Source: an uncultured Nitrospiraceae bacterium
GTDB lineage: Bacteria > Nitrospirota > Thermodesulfovibrionia > Thermodesulfovibrionales > UBA6898
DNA length: 64,000 bases
Assembly: GCA_963811165.1 (NCBI GenBank)
Contig: CAWEQH010000008.1
Span: forward strand, 577,926-641,925
Direction of reading: 5' to 3'
A program made the position numbers and the translations under genes. The notes below the pieces were generated by a model. It worked only from the letters and a program-made list of their open reading frames with translations. It was not told the origin of the DNA and ran no database searches. Within the stretch, counting starts at the first letter, position 1. Each line of letters opens with the position of its first letter. This document shows positions 12,200-23,416 of this stretch, one piece after another.

Positions 12200-12301
12200 A
12201 AAAATAAGGCCCTCTGGCGAGGGCCTTTGTCCTGAGGGCTGGGGATCGGGGATAACCCTCAGGACACCTATGCGAGCTGGAGGGTAGAATGCCCGCATAG
12301 G
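12200..12301 (-). ncRNA. Candidate sRNA or structured 3' UTR: two C-rich-loop hairpins plus terminator
   Basis: Three abutting stems (12267-12301, 12228-12266, 12206-12227) ending in a U-tract on the minus strand. Confidence 0.45.
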
Positions 12302-12322
12302 CAGATTACAAAATACACTAAA

Positions 12323-12808
12323 TCATATGAACAAGCTTATGTTTGCATCGAGTGCAAAGTCCAGGAACTCCGCCGCCCCTGCGACGACCGCTCCGTCGAC
12401 GAGGTCCTCTTTCTTGACTCCGGTCATCTCGAGCGTCGGGGTGCAGACGATAAGCTTCACATCCATCTCCTTACAGGCATCGACGAGTTCGGGTATAGAG
12501 GGCCAGTTGATCTTTTTGATCATCCCGCCCATCATCATCGTTGCCAGCGAGGTCATCCCCGGGAGCATCCCCAGTATGTTGGGAAATGGTATCGGGGAAG
12601 GCATGGCCGGATTGCCTATGGGCGATACCTGTAACGACCTGTATTTTTTTTTGTTTACGATATCGACGCCGTAGAGCGTGAAGAATATCTGGACCTCCAC
12701 GTCCATGGCAGCCGCCGTCGAAGCAAGAATAAGCGGCGGATAGGCCATATCAAGCGTTCCTTTGCTGGCGATGATCGCCATCTTCTTTTTCGTGTTTGTT
12801 TCGGGCAT
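12323..12808 (-). CDS. DsrE2/DsrF-like sulfur relay (peroxiredoxin-like) protein
   Basis: IASKGTLDMAYPPLILASTAAAM..FFTLYG and LIVCTPT motifs. Confidence 0.85.
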   Translation of the reverse strand: MPETNTKKKMAIIASKGTLDMAYPPLILASTAAAMDVEVQIFFTLYGVDIVNKKKYRSLQVSPIGNPAMPSPIPFPNILGMLPGMTSLATMMMGGMIKKINWPSIPELVDACKEMDVKLIVCTPTLEMTGVKKEDLVDGAVVAGAAEFLDFALDANISLFI

Positions 12809-13061
12809 TACAGACTCCTTTAATCGCGGTTAATAAATTATATCACCTTCATGCTGCGGAAAGTGTTTCCATAAAAAATATTTTCCCCATCCGATAATTC
12901 TGCCAAACAACAAGCTTCGCTACCGGTCTTTTATTATATTGTCACAGAGTTGTCTTGTCAATAAACAACGAAACAACCGGGGTGGTGTTTTTTTTGATAT
13001 ACTTTTAAGCATAAAGAAAGTATCTCAGGCAGTGATAAGGATTTAGACCCCGGACTTCGAT

Positions 13062-14798
13062 ATGAAAAATCTCGACATCTCTAATATTTTCAATAAAATG
13101 GCGGACCTCCTGGAGATCAAGGGCGAGAATCCGTTCAGGATAAGGGCATACAGAAAGGCAGCTTTCAACATAGAGTCCCTCGGTAAAGACGTGGCCCTTT
13201 TGTCTAAGGCAGAGCTGACGGATATTCCGGGTATCGGGGGCGACCTCGCGGGGAAAATTGAAGAGTATATCAGTACCGGACAGGTCCAGTCTTACGAACA
13301 TCTCAAGGAAGAGGTGCCGGAAAGTCTCGTTACGCTTCTGAGTGTGCCGGGACTGGGACCCAAGACGGTAAGTCTTCTTTATAGCCGCTATCACGTAAAA
13401 GACATCGACGAGCTCGAAAGACTTGCCAGGGGGCACGAGTTGATAAAAGTCCCGGGCATAAGGGAAAAGACGGAGGCCAATATCCTCAAGGGGATTGAAA
13501 TGCTCAGGAGGGCCTCCTCAAGGTATCCGATAGGGAAGGTCCTGCCGATTGTCAACGAGATAATGGGCTATCTTTCCGGGCATGCCCCGGTCGGCAGACT
13601 CAGCGTGGCAGGCAGCATCAGGAGGTGGAAAGAAACGATCGGGGACATCGACATCCTTTCCACCTCGAAAGATCCGGGTGCGGTGATGAACGTCTTTGCC
13701 CGCATGCCTCTAATAAAAGAAGTCCTCATGAAGGGCCCCACCAAATCGAGCGTGGTAATAAAGGAAGGCCTGCAGGTCGACATCAGGGTGGTCGATGAAG
13801 AAAGCTACGGCGCTGCGCTGGCCTACTTCACCGGGAGTAAGGCACACAACATCAGGCTGAGGGAGATAGCGGTGAAGGCCGGGCTGAAGCTGAATGAATA
13901 CGGCGTATTCAGGGAAAAAGACAATAGAAAAATAGGCGGCAAGACGGAAGAGGAGATATATGAAATCCTCAAACTGCAGTTTGTTCCCCCTGAGCTGCGC
14001 GAAGACACCGGTGAGGTGGAGGCTGCTATGGACCGCTCCCTTCCGCATCTGGTAGAACTCGGGGACATAAAGGGGGACCTTCATGTCCACAGCAACTGGT
14101 CCGACGGCAATATGGATCTTGAAGACCTTGCGGAGTTCACCCTCAAAAGAGGATATCGATACCTCGCCGTGACGGACCATTCCAAAGGCCTCGGCGTTGC
14201 AAGGGGACTTCATGAAGACAGGGTCATCGAACAAAAAAAGAGGATAGATGCCCTGAACAAAAAGCTGCGGGGGGTAAGATTGCTCGCCGGGATCGAGATC
14301 AACATCAAAAACGACGGAGGGCTCGATTTCGACGAGGAGATACTGAAGGGGTTTGATATCGTGGTGGCATCGATTCACTCGGGGTTCAAGCAATCAAAAG
14401 AGCAGATAACAAAAAGGATCCTTGCCGCAATAGAGAACCCCTTTGTGTCCGTCATCGCACATCCCAGCGGCAGGCTCATCGGGGAGAGAGACGCCTACGA
14501 GGTGGACATGGAGGCGGTGCTTGATGCGGCCGCAAAGACCGCTACCGCAATAGAGATCAACTCATATCCGCTTCGTCTGGATCTGACCGAGCCCTATATC
14601 CGGCCCGCGAAATCCAAAGGGGTGACGTTGGCCATCAGCACCGACTCCCATAACAGCGGGCAGTTCGATAACATGATCTTCGGCGTCTCCCTGGCAAGGA
14701 GAGGATGGCTGGAAAAAAAGGACATCCTCAACACCCGCGACCTGCATAAGCTTCTCTCCATCATAAGGAAGAAGCGCGCATCGGGTAAGGTCCGATAA
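13062..14798 (+). CDS. polX: DNA polymerase X with PHP 3'-5' exonuclease domain
   Basis: ENPFRIRAY, AGSIRR..GDIDIL, YFTGSKAHN, GDLHVHSNWSDG, TDHS and STDSH motifs. Confidence 0.95.
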   Translation: MKNLDISNIFNKMADLLEIKGENPFRIRAYRKAAFNIESLGKDVALLSKAELTDIPGIGGDLAGKIEEYISTGQVQSYEHLKEEVPESLVTLLSVPGLGPKTVSLLYSRYHVKDIDELERLARGHELIKVPGIREKTEANILKGIEMLRRASSRYPIGKVLPIVNEIMGYLSGHAPVGRLSVAGSIRRWKETIGDIDILSTSKDPGAVMNVFARMPLIKEVLMKGPTKSSVVIKEGLQVDIRVVDEESYGAALAYFTGSKAHNIRLREIAVKAGLKLNEYGVFREKDNRKIGGKTEEEIYEILKLQFVPPELREDTGEVEAAMDRSLPHLVELGDIKGDLHVHSNWSDGNMDLEDLAEFTLKRGYRYLAVTDHSKGLGVARGLHEDRVIEQKKRIDALNKKLRGVRLLAGIEINIKNDGGLDFDEEILKGFDIVVASIHSGFKQSKEQITKRILAAIENPFVSVIAHPSGRLIGERDAYEVDMEAVLDAAAKTATAIEINSYPLRLDLTEPYIRPAKSKGVTLAISTDSHNSGQFDNMIFGVSLARRGWLEKKDILNTRDLHKLLSIIRKKRASGKVR

Positions 14799-15035
14799 TA
14801 TCGGTGCGGCATTATTTTGTGCCGCACAATTATCTGCGCATATCCGCACTCATACTTGAAATTTTGAGAAGTGATGAGATATCATGCAACAGCAGCAGCG
14901 GGAGGACGATGGGATATCGATTAGTATTACCTGGTTTGCTTTTATGTGAAGGTACTGACTCCCTTTTTTTCCACCTGATCCCGCTTTTGCCGGCCCGACA
15001 GCCTGTTACCGGAAATACCATCTTCTCATAGCTCC

Positions 15036-17672
15036 ATGAAGACTAACGGCCTGACGATTAAAATCCTTTTTCCGGTGATCGCGTTTATGGTGATACTTGC
15101 CGCGTTCGCAGCACTGAGGACGCAATGGATCATCAGGAACATCATAACCGATTACCACGACAATATCGTTTCCGAAGAGCGGCAGGAGTTAGAGACGATA
15201 CTCAATGGCGGGTCCTCCGAGGAGGCCTTCCTCCGTCAGGTCAAGGACCATTATTCAAAAGAGTCTTTTACCTACCGGGTGACGAAGGGAGAAAAGGTCG
15301 TGGCCGAGTTCCGCGCATTCCCGTCAAACTCCGTCGTCAACCCAGACGGCACGCTGAAGGCGAGGATCGGGGATGTCTTTTTTTACGGGTTCAGGTTCGA
15401 CGTGAAGCAATACGGGCTGATGATCGACATCCTGAAAGCATTCCCGCGCATGGCCAAGTTCAGAAGACAGCTGGATTCCACCGTCACGATCTTTTCCATC
15501 TCCATCCTGCTTATGATCGTGTACCTGACGGTCGTCCTCAGGAAGAAACTGATAAGACCCATCGGCAGTATCATGGCAAAAGTGAGCACCGGCGAACCCG
15601 CTTTATCCGTAAACATACGCGAGCTCGATGAACTCGGCGACGTGATAAACAATGCCTTTGCCGCTACCGAAATGAAGAACGTGCATGCAAATACGCTCCA
15701 TAAGATAGCGGTCGCGCTGAATGAAAACAACACGCTCGATCAGGTCATGGACACCATAGTCGGCCAATCGCGGATGCTGATCGACGCGGAATATTCGGCC
15801 ATTTCCCTATACGACGCGAATGGAAATTTCGAAAAAATCAAGGTCTATGGCCTTTCGCAGGAGGAAGTGATCGGCCGGGTAAAGAAAATGCCGCGGGGCG
15901 AGGGGATACTTGAGCTGATGAAGTTGTCGGTGGCGCCGGTCAAGATCTCGGATGTCAAAACACATCCCGCTTTTTCCGGGGCCTTCCCCGAGGGACACCC
16001 GGAGATAAAGAATTTCCTCGGTTATCCCATCTTCTCGAAAGAAGGCAAACCCCTCGCCGCGCTCTATTTTGCCAACAAGAGGGCGGGGGACTTTACGGGC
16101 GACGACGAAAACGTGCTGATCGCTATCGCCTCGGACGCTGCCGTGGCAATACAGAGGGTGAGCGACACGGAAGAGCTTAAACGGTTCAAGAAGATCATAG
16201 AGTCCTCCTTCGATGTCATCATTATTACGGACAAAAACGGAAATATCTCTTATGTCAATCCGGCCTTCACTGAGGTGACGGGCTATACTGCTGCGGAGGT
16301 CCGCGGGAGAAACCCCAATATACTCAAGAGCGGGCTGCATGACGACACCTTCGACGACACCATATGGGAAAACATACTCGCGGGAAAGCCGTGGAAGGGT
16401 GAATTCGTCAACAGGAAGAAAAAAGGAGAGATATATAACACCTCTGCCGTCATCTTTCCCGTCCTCTCGGATTCCGGTGAGGTAAGCAATTACGTCTCTA
16501 TTCAGAGGGACGTGACCGAGGAAAAGAAGCTCTATGAGCAGCTTCTGAGGGCGCAGAAGATGGAGGCCATAGGCACCCTTGCCGGAGGTATTGCGCATGA
16601 CTTCAATAACCTTCTCTCTGCGGTGATCGGCTATGCTGAGATGATGAAAGATGACATGAGTGAGACGGACCCTCACTATAAGCATGTGTCCATTATCGAG
16701 GGCTCCGCTAAGAGAGGGGCCGATCTTGCGATGCGGATACTGAATGTGACGAAAAAGGAGAAGCTCGAATACAAGGCCGTCGACCTCAATACCATTGTCG
16801 AAACCACCCTCGAACTTCTTGCAAGGTCCATCCCCAAGAACATATCGATCGATATGAAACTCGATCCTTCATTGCCGAGAATAAAGGCCGAAAGCACCCA
16901 GCTTCAACAGGTGATCATGAACCTGGCGGTCAACGCCAGAGACGCCATGCCGGACGGGGGAAGGTTTTTGATCGAGACATTCAGGGTCGGGAGTGAAAAT
17001 GGGGCCGCAAACGGGCTTTCTTCTGAGGAGGGTTTTGTGAAGTTAAGCATTTCGGACACCGGAAGCGGGATGGAGGACGACATCGCGCAGAAGGTCTTCG
17101 ACCCCTTCTTCACTACAAAGTCCCGCGGGACCGGAACGGGACTCGGTCTGTACATCGTGCATTCCATTGTCACCAACCACGGCGGGTATATCAACCTTTA
17201 TAGCGAGCCCGGCCGGGGATCGAGGTTCAATGTCTATTTTCCCGCGTCTCAGGAGGGACCTGCTGAAGAAGAGCCGGTTAAAGAGAAAGAGATGAAGGGT
17301 ACAGGGACGGTACTCGTCATCGAAGACGAACCTGACGTGAGGGAACTTACCAAGGATGTTTTGCAGAGGCTCGGGTATTCTGCTATGGTGGCGTCGGGCG
17401 GGAGAGAGGGGATCAGGATCTACAGGGAAGGAAAGGGTGGGATAGATGTTGTTGTCCTGGACATGATAATGCCGCTGATGAACGGCACAGAGGTCTTCCA
17501 GATGCTTAAGACCATCGACCGCGAGGTCCGGGTAGTGCTCGTCTCGGGGTATAGCAGCGAGGGCTTTTCCGGGATCGACAGGCTAATAAAAAGCGGCGCA
17601 AAGTGTTTTGTCCAGAAACCCTTCAGCCAAAAGACGCTCGCTAAAGCTATCAAAGAGGCGATGGGAAAATAA
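15036..17672 (+). CDS. Membrane hybrid sensor histidine kinase (GAF-PAS-HisKA-HATPase-REC)
   Basis: Two TM segments, GAF (FPEGHPEIKNFLGYP), PAS, AGGIAHDFNN, GTGLGL and receiver VVLDMIMP. Confidence 0.92.
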   Translation: MKTNGLTIKILFPVIAFMVILAAFAALRTQWIIRNIITDYHDNIVSEERQELETILNGGSSEEAFLRQVKDHYSKESFTYRVTKGEKVVAEFRAFPSNSVVNPDGTLKARIGDVFFYGFRFDVKQYGLMIDILKAFPRMAKFRRQLDSTVTIFSISILLMIVYLTVVLRKKLIRPIGSIMAKVSTGEPALSVNIRELDELGDVINNAFAATEMKNVHANTLHKIAVALNENNTLDQVMDTIVGQSRMLIDAEYSAISLYDANGNFEKIKVYGLSQEEVIGRVKKMPRGEGILELMKLSVAPVKISDVKTHPAFSGAFPEGHPEIKNFLGYPIFSKEGKPLAALYFANKRAGDFTGDDENVLIAIASDAAVAIQRVSDTEELKRFKKIIESSFDVIIITDKNGNISYVNPAFTEVTGYTAAEVRGRNPNILKSGLHDDTFDDTIWENILAGKPWKGEFVNRKKKGEIYNTSAVIFPVLSDSGEVSNYVSIQRDVTEEKKLYEQLLRAQKMEAIGTLAGGIAHDFNNLLSAVIGYAEMMKDDMSETDPHYKHVSIIEGSAKRGADLAMRILNVTKKEKLEYKAVDLNTIVETTLELLARSIPKNISIDMKLDPSLPRIKAESTQLQQVIMNLAVNARDAMPDGGRFLIETFRVGSENGAANGLSSEEGFVKLSISDTGSGMEDDIAQKVFDPFFTTKSRGTGTGLGLYIVHSIVTNHGGYINLYSEPGRGSRFNVYFPASQEGPAEEEPVKEKEMKGTGTVLVIEDEPDVRELTKDVLQRLGYSAMVASGGREGIRIYREGKGGIDVVVLDMIMPLMNGTEVFQMLKTIDREVRVVLVSGYSSEGFSGIDRLIKSGAKCFVQKPFSQKTLAKAIKEAMGK

Positions 17673-17740
17673 CCTTTTTGGGCAGTTTCTCTTCGCCCCG
17701 GCGCCGATCAAACCGCAGAGAAAAGGGTAGAACCCGGAAG

Positions 17741-18908
17741 CTAACTCGTCCTGAGCGCATCGACGATATTCATGCGAGATGCCCTGAGTGCCGGGAGCAC
17801 GCCGCCTATGAACCCCATGATCATAGAGAAGACCAGAGCGCTTATCGTGATCTCCGGGGTCAGGGTGAACGAAAAGGCGAGTTCAGAAAAGGTCTGCCAG
17901 TTGACTGTCGAGATCGTGATGAACTGCATGCAGGAGGCAAAGAGCAGACCCATGAGCCCCCCGCTTAAGCCCAGCAGCATCGATTCGACCAAAAACGATA
18001 TGAGGATGTTCCTCCTGCGGAAACCAAGCGCCCGCAGCGTACCGATCTCCGCGGTGCGGTTTGCAACCGCCGCGTACATGGTTATCATCGCCCCTATCAT
18101 CGCGCCGAGGGAGAAGATGACCGTAAGCGATATCCCCAGGATACGGAGGAACTTCGCCATCATCTCAGACTGGTCAGCGTAATATTTCGTCTCACGTTTT
18201 GCCTCAAGGGTAAGGCGGGGATCGTGTTCGATCCGCTCCTTTACCTTAGGGAACTCAGAAGGGTCCCGGAGCTTAAAGAGCACGGAAGAATATGCGGGCC
18301 TCCGGAACGCCTGCATGAGCTGGTCCACGTCGCCCCAGATCTCGGAGCTGTATCCTGTCTTGCCCGCATCGAATATGCCGACCACGGTCCAGTCCTGCAT
18401 CGCAAAACGGATCTTTTCATTGATGCCCGCTCCCCTGAACCTCTTTGCAACGCTCTCGCCGGCTATTACCTCTGCCGATCCGGGCTTCGGCATCCGTCCG
18501 TCTATGAGCTTCACCTGGGGCCGCAAGGCAAGTGAAAATTCCCCTATCCCTCTGATCGTAATATTCGAAGGCTTGTCACTTCCGCGCTTGGGAAGGTTGA
18601 TTATCACCACCAGTTCTTTTGCAAGAAAGGGTTTGCCGTTCCCGCCCGATCGCTATCCCCGGGTCCGTCTCCACAATGGACGCGTGTGCGCGTGGTATGC
18701 CGCTTTGCATCTCTGATTGGGACCCCTTTCGGATGACGACCACATTGTCAAACGATCCCGTCTCGATGAGGGTCTTTCTGAGTCCCTCGGCAAGCATCAG
18801 GACCGATGCGAAGACGAAGACGACAAGCGCCATGCCCGCGGCGGTGAGGATTGTGGTGAGCCTCCTTGTCCAGAGGTTTCTGAAGCTGTAGGAAACAGGG
18901 ATGGCCAT
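17741..18908 (-). CDS. ABC transporter permease (MacB/FtsX family), frameshift near 18645
   Basis: N-terminal YSFRNLWTRRLTT ORF joins the C-terminal ORF with RTAEIGTLRALGF. Confidence 0.8.
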
Positions 18909-20069
18909 CTAGCCTATCCTCCTGAGGCCGTCGGCGATCCGCAGCCGGATCGCGCGCCAGGTCGGGAAGGCCGCCGCGACGACCGCGACAATGAGGCCGG
19001 CAGCCATATCCAGATAAATGGTGTGTCCTCGATACGTTAAAGATCGGGGAAGTACTGGCTCAGCGAATCCCCAAACGCCTTTGCCGCAGGGAAGGTGAGA
19101 CCTATCCCTAAGGCCGAGCCGACCCCGGTGATCACCAGCGACTCCCCGAAGATAAGCCCGGCGATATGCCAGCCGCCGAACCCGAGTGTTTTCATGATCG
19201 CATATTCTCCTGTGCGTTCCCTAACAGTCATCGCCATGGTATTGGCCATTACGGCCATGATAATGATGATTACGATGAGCGAGACCAGTTGTATCACAAT
19301 GACGATCGCCTCCGTCATGGAGATGAAGCTCAGCTGAAACGCCTTCTCGGTCTCGGTAATGGTTTCGGCCAGAGAATTTTTAAAGAGCTTGTCGATCTCC
19401 ACCGCAACATCGGCCGCCAGATCAGGGCTTTTCACCCCTACGAGAAACCACCCTACCTTGTCTGCACGGTACGGCGCCGTTTTTTTCAGGGACTTCATTG
19501 AGATAGTTCCAATGGAAGAAGAACTGGGTCTCGTCAGTGCTCTTCTGCGCCCCGCGGTAAATCGCCCGGATCACAAACTCCCAGTTGCCGGGAAAGATCG
19601 TCCCCTTGAGCGTCACGAGGTCCCCTATCTTCCAGCCGAACCTCTGTGCGGTCTTTCTGCCGACGACCGCGCCTTTCCGATCGTGCATAAAGGCGTTTTT
19701 CTGGTCCTCAGGGACCAGGAATTCGGGGAAGAGTTCCATGGCCGTCTTTGCATCCGTCGCGAAGTTCGGGAAGAAATTTTTCTCCTCTATGTATATCCCC
19801 CCGAACCAGTCGGAGTAGCCGACCTCTGTGACCCCCGGCACCTGCCGGATTTTTTCCTTATATGAGATGGGAAGGAAGAAGACGAGGGAGACCGCGTTTC
19901 TGGTAACAAGGCGCGTGGCGGAAGAGGCCTCGACCCCGGCGTACCATGCGCCGACGATCGTGCGAAGCATCCCGAAGGCGAGGATGGCGATCGTGATTCC
20001 GAGCACCGTGAGAAACGTGCGGAGCTTGTGGCGGAAGGCGTTTTTAAATAGCAGCTTAAACAAGCCCAT
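18909..20069 (-). CDS. ABC transporter permease (MacB/FtsX family), frameshifts near 19495 and 19040
   Basis: KNAFRHKLRTFLT...RERTGEYAIMKTLGF...RLRIADGLRRIG read across three frames. Confidence 0.8.
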
Positions 20070-20754
20070 TGTCCGTCAGGATGCCCTTTACGAGGTGCTT
20101 GATGATGTGCGCCTTGCCCGCGGCACGGGGGTCGTGCGTGACCATGATGATCGTCTTGCCGAGTTCGTGGACGAGGCGCTCCATCAGATCCAGTATCTCC
20201 TCGGCAGATCTGCGGTCGAGGTCGCCGGTCGGTTCGTCCGCAACAAGTATCGTCGGGTCGGTCACGACTGCGCGGGCGATGGCGACCCTCTGCTGCTGGC
20301 CTCCCGAAAGTTGCGAAGGGTAGTGGTCCACCCTGTCCGAAAGACTCACGGCCCTGAGCGCCATATCCACATGCTCTTTCCTTTCCCTGCGCGAAAGCCC
20401 TGTCAAAAGAAGCGGAAGTTCGACGTTTTCGAACGCGGTCAGAACAGGCATAAGGTTATAGAACTGGAAGATGAACCCGACATTCGTCGCACGCCAGCCT
20501 GCAAGGTCTGTTTCCGAAAGGGTGGTGATGTCGATCCCTCCGACCTTTATGGTCCCGGAGTCTGCCTTGTCGATGCCTGCAATGAGATTTAACAGCGTGC
20601 TTTTTCCCGAGCCGGAAGGCCCCATCAGCGCGATAAATTCACCCTCTGCGATGTCGAACGTGATGTCCTCAAGTACCGGCACGGTCTGGCTGCCCCGCCT
20701 GTAGGACTTAAAGAGGTTCCTTAGCTCGACGATGATCGGCCTGGAATCGCCCAT
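20056..20754 (-). CDS. ABC transporter ATP-binding protein (LolD/MacB-like)
   Basis: GPSGSGKS, LSGGQQQRV, ADEPTG and VTHD motifs. Confidence 0.95.
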   Translation of the reverse strand: MGDSRPIIVELRNLFKSYRRGSQTVPVLEDITFDIAEGEFIALMGPSGSGKSTLLNLIAGIDKADSGTIKVGGIDITTLSETDLAGWRATNVGFIFQFYNLMPVLTAFENVELPLLLTGLSRRERKEHVDMALRAVSLSDRVDHYPSQLSGGQQQRVAIARAVVTDPTILVADEPTGDLDRRSAEEILDLMERLVHELGKTIIMVTHDPRAAGKAHIIKHLVKGILTDNGLV

Positions 20755-21972
20755 CTATTGCTCGGTAACTTTTATCTTGGAGCCGGTTTTTAATTTGGCG
20801 GAGGGTTTCAGTACGATCTTGTCGCCCGTCTTAAGTCCCGCCGTGATTTCGATCATGTCTCCCATCTGCCGGCCTGTTGTTATCGGTGTCTCGATTACGC
20901 GGCTGTCTTTTATGAGGAACACAAATTTCCTGCCGTCCTTCGTAACTATTGCCGAAGGGTTTATCGCGGTGCGGGGCCTCTCTTCATCGGCTGCGACCGG
21001 CCTTTCGAGGAAAGCCACCTTCGCCGACATCTCCGGAAGGATACGGTTGTCCTTGTCCAGGAAAGCGACCTTCACGAGCACAGTCGCTTTTGTCCTGTCG
21101 GCCGTGGGCACTATCATATGTACCGCACCCCGGAAACGCACATCGGGAAACGCGTCGAGCTGTATCTCACAGGGCTGCCCCTTCTTTACCTTCTCGATAT
21201 TCGACTCGGAGACATCGACCTCTACCTGCAAAGAGCCCATGTCGGCGATCGTGACGACGGACGCCTTGGCATTTGCGGCAGCGCCGAAGGGGGTGACCAT
21301 ATCTCCGATGTCGGCGTCCTTTGTCAGGACCACGGCATCGAATGGAGCACGGATAAGCGTGTACTCTACGGAGGCGTTGGCTCCCTGAAGCGCTGCCTTA
21401 TTCGCCTTGATCGTCGCTTCGGCGCTTGCAACCCCCGCCACCGCTTTCTTATATCGCGCCTCCGCAGTATCGGAATCGGTCCGGGAAATAAAGCCCTTTC
21501 CGAGCAGTTCCCTGCTTCTGTTGAATTCAAGTGAGGCATCGTGAAGTTCGGCCTTCGCCTGATCGAGACCTGCCTTCGCTGCATTGAGGTTTTCCGCCGC
21601 CTGCTCCCTCGCCGCAATCACGTCTTCGCTTTCGAGTCTGGCGACGATATCGCCCTTTTTTACCCTGCTGCCTTCTTCAACAGAAAGCGAGACCAGCCGG
21701 CCGGTGGCCTTCGACGCAATGGCCGCCTTGCGCTGGGCCACTACGTAGCCGCTTGCGTTTAGGAGGGTGAAGGCCTGCGAAGGATATGTCTGTGTTACGG
21801 ATGCGGTCTCGACCTTCACGGAAGGCGTGAATACGCCGTTCATATAAAGGACGACGAAGAGGAGAACGATTACTGCGGCCGCGACCGAACGGAAAAGTTT
21901 TTTCCGTTTCTTCGGCCCGACGACGGTCTCGGACTTGTCTATCTTGAGTTTCGAGAGGTCTTCGTTCCCCAT
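20755..21972 (-). CDS. Efflux periplasmic adaptor (MacA-like MFP)
   Basis: N-terminal TM, VEEGSRVKKGD lipoyl half-motif, IRAPFD. Confidence 0.9.
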   Translation of the reverse strand: MGNEDLSKLKIDKSETVVGPKKRKKLFRSVAAAVIVLLFVVLYMNGVFTPSVKVETASVTQTYPSQAFTLLNASGYVVAQRKAAIASKATGRLVSLSVEEGSRVKKGDIVARLESEDVIAAREQAAENLNAAKAGLDQAKAELHDASLEFNRSRELLGKGFISRTDSDTAEARYKKAVAGVASAEATIKANKAALQGANASVEYTLIRAPFDAVVLTKDADIGDMVTPFGAAANAKASVVTIADMGSLQVEVDVSESNIEKVKKGQPCEIQLDAFPDVRFRGAVHMIVPTADRTKATVLVKVAFLDKDNRILPEMSAKVAFLERPVAADEERPRTAINPSAIVTKDGRKFVFLIKDSRVIETPITTGRQMGDMIEITAGLKTGDKIVLKPSAKLKTGSKIKVTEQ

Positions 21973-22291
21973 TATAAAGCTCCTTACGTTCATTGTTAAA
22001 AAAGGATCTCACCATTATAGCAAATCCGGCTCGCATCTTAGAGTAATTTATATCAACACGCAGGGGACCCATCTTCTTTCTCATTCCCTGCCTGCCGGCA
22101 GGCAGGTCGCTGCGTTCAGAGTCCCCCAATAAATGAAGAGATGCAGGAATATGCTCCGAAAAAACTTTATAATGTCGCAATTTGCGGTCAAGATGATGAA
22201 GTCATCAGTCCTGAAGATAAGCGCCCTTCAAGGTGCAGGCCGTTTCCATGGCGCTTATTCTAAGACATCGAGAATTCAAGCGCAATGGTAT

Positions 22292-23416
22292 CTATTTTTT
22301 TGTGATATGGACCGGCTGGACCTGCGCCCCTTCCGCGATGCCGAACCCGGGATTCAGCACCACGATTTCTCCTTTATCCAGTCCGGATTGAATTTTCACC
22401 GACTTTCCGTCGCTCTCTGCGATTACCACCTGACGGAAGTTCACCTTGTTCCCGGCCGCCAAAACGGCCACAAGGGTCTTGTCCTCTTTCGGGAGTATGG
22501 CATCGGCAGGGACCTCGACGTAGGGTGGCGTCCGCAGCGTCAGAGAGACCTGCACAAAGCTCCCGGCAATTATCAGCCCCTTTGCATTGTCAAGGTCAAG
22601 CTCTGTAAGGAGGGTGCGGGTCTTTTGGTCGAGTTCCCCGCTCATCCTCGATACCGAAGCGGACAGCGTAACGCCGGGCCGCGACGGGTCCGAGATCTCG
22701 GCGCGCTCTCCCACATGGACAAACGATGCCTCCCTCTGGTCCAGATATGCATATATCCTCAGCCTGTCGGTTTGTGAAAGGGTCACCAGAGGCAGGGCGT
22801 TTGTCTGGGAAGTAGCTGCGGACTGGACCAGCGCGCCACGGTCTGCATAACGCACCGTCACCGTTGCAGGGAAGGGCGCCCGGAGTATCTCATAACCCTT
22901 CTGTTCCCTGAGTGATTCCGCATTGGCCTCGGCGACCCTGGCCGTTGTTTCCGCATTGTCGGAGTCCTGCTGGGAGACATATCCTTTTTTTACGAGCGCC
23001 CTAAAACGGTCGGCATCGATACGTTTGTTCTTCGCGTCCGCAAGGGCCGCATCGTACTGCCGGTCCAGTTCCGGAGACTCAATCACCGCCATTACCTGCC
23101 CCTCTTTTACCCGATCGCCCTTATCGACCCTGATTTCCTTTAAATAGCCGCTCACTTTGGCATAAAGGGTGACGGTAGCATAAGGCCGCGCTTCGCCCGC
23201 AATCGTAACCGTGCGCATTCCGGGGGAAGGGGCCGCAGATACCACGCGGACCGAGATACCGGCACTGGCGGCTGCTGCCCTTTCCTTCAGTTCCCTTCCG
23301 ATATATGCTTTCTTCCTTTCCGAAAGAACCAACAGGGCTGCCAGTGCAACGATAATAAGGACGGCTCCTGAAAAAATAAGGGTGCGTCTTTCATGGGGAC
23401 TAGCTTCTTTCTTCAT
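22292..23416 (-). CDS. RND efflux periplasmic adaptor subunit
   Basis: AKVSGYLKEIRVDKGDRVKEGQ, LRAPF and TRTLLTE motifs. Confidence 0.9.
   Translation of the reverse strand: MKKEASPHERRTLIFSGAVLIIVALAALLVLSERKKAYIGRELKERAAAASAGISVRVVSAAPSPGMRTVTIAGEARPYATVTLYAKVSGYLKEIRVDKGDRVKEGQVMAVIESPELDRQYDAALADAKNKRIDADRFRALVKKGYVSQQDSDNAETTARVAEANAESLREQKGYEILRAPFPATVTVRYADRGALVQSAATSQTNALPLVTLSQTDRLRIYAYLDQREASFVHVGERAEISDPSRPGVTLSASVSRMSGELDQKTRTLLTELDLDNAKGLIIAGSFVQVSLTLRTPPYVEVPADAILPKEDKTLVAVLAAGNKVNFRQVVIAESDGKSVKIQSGLDKGEIVVLNPGFGIAEGAQVQPVHITKK

Noticed and set aside
14830..15031. Short ORFs between polX and the hybrid kinase
   Set aside because: No RBS, motif or coding-like composition on either strand.
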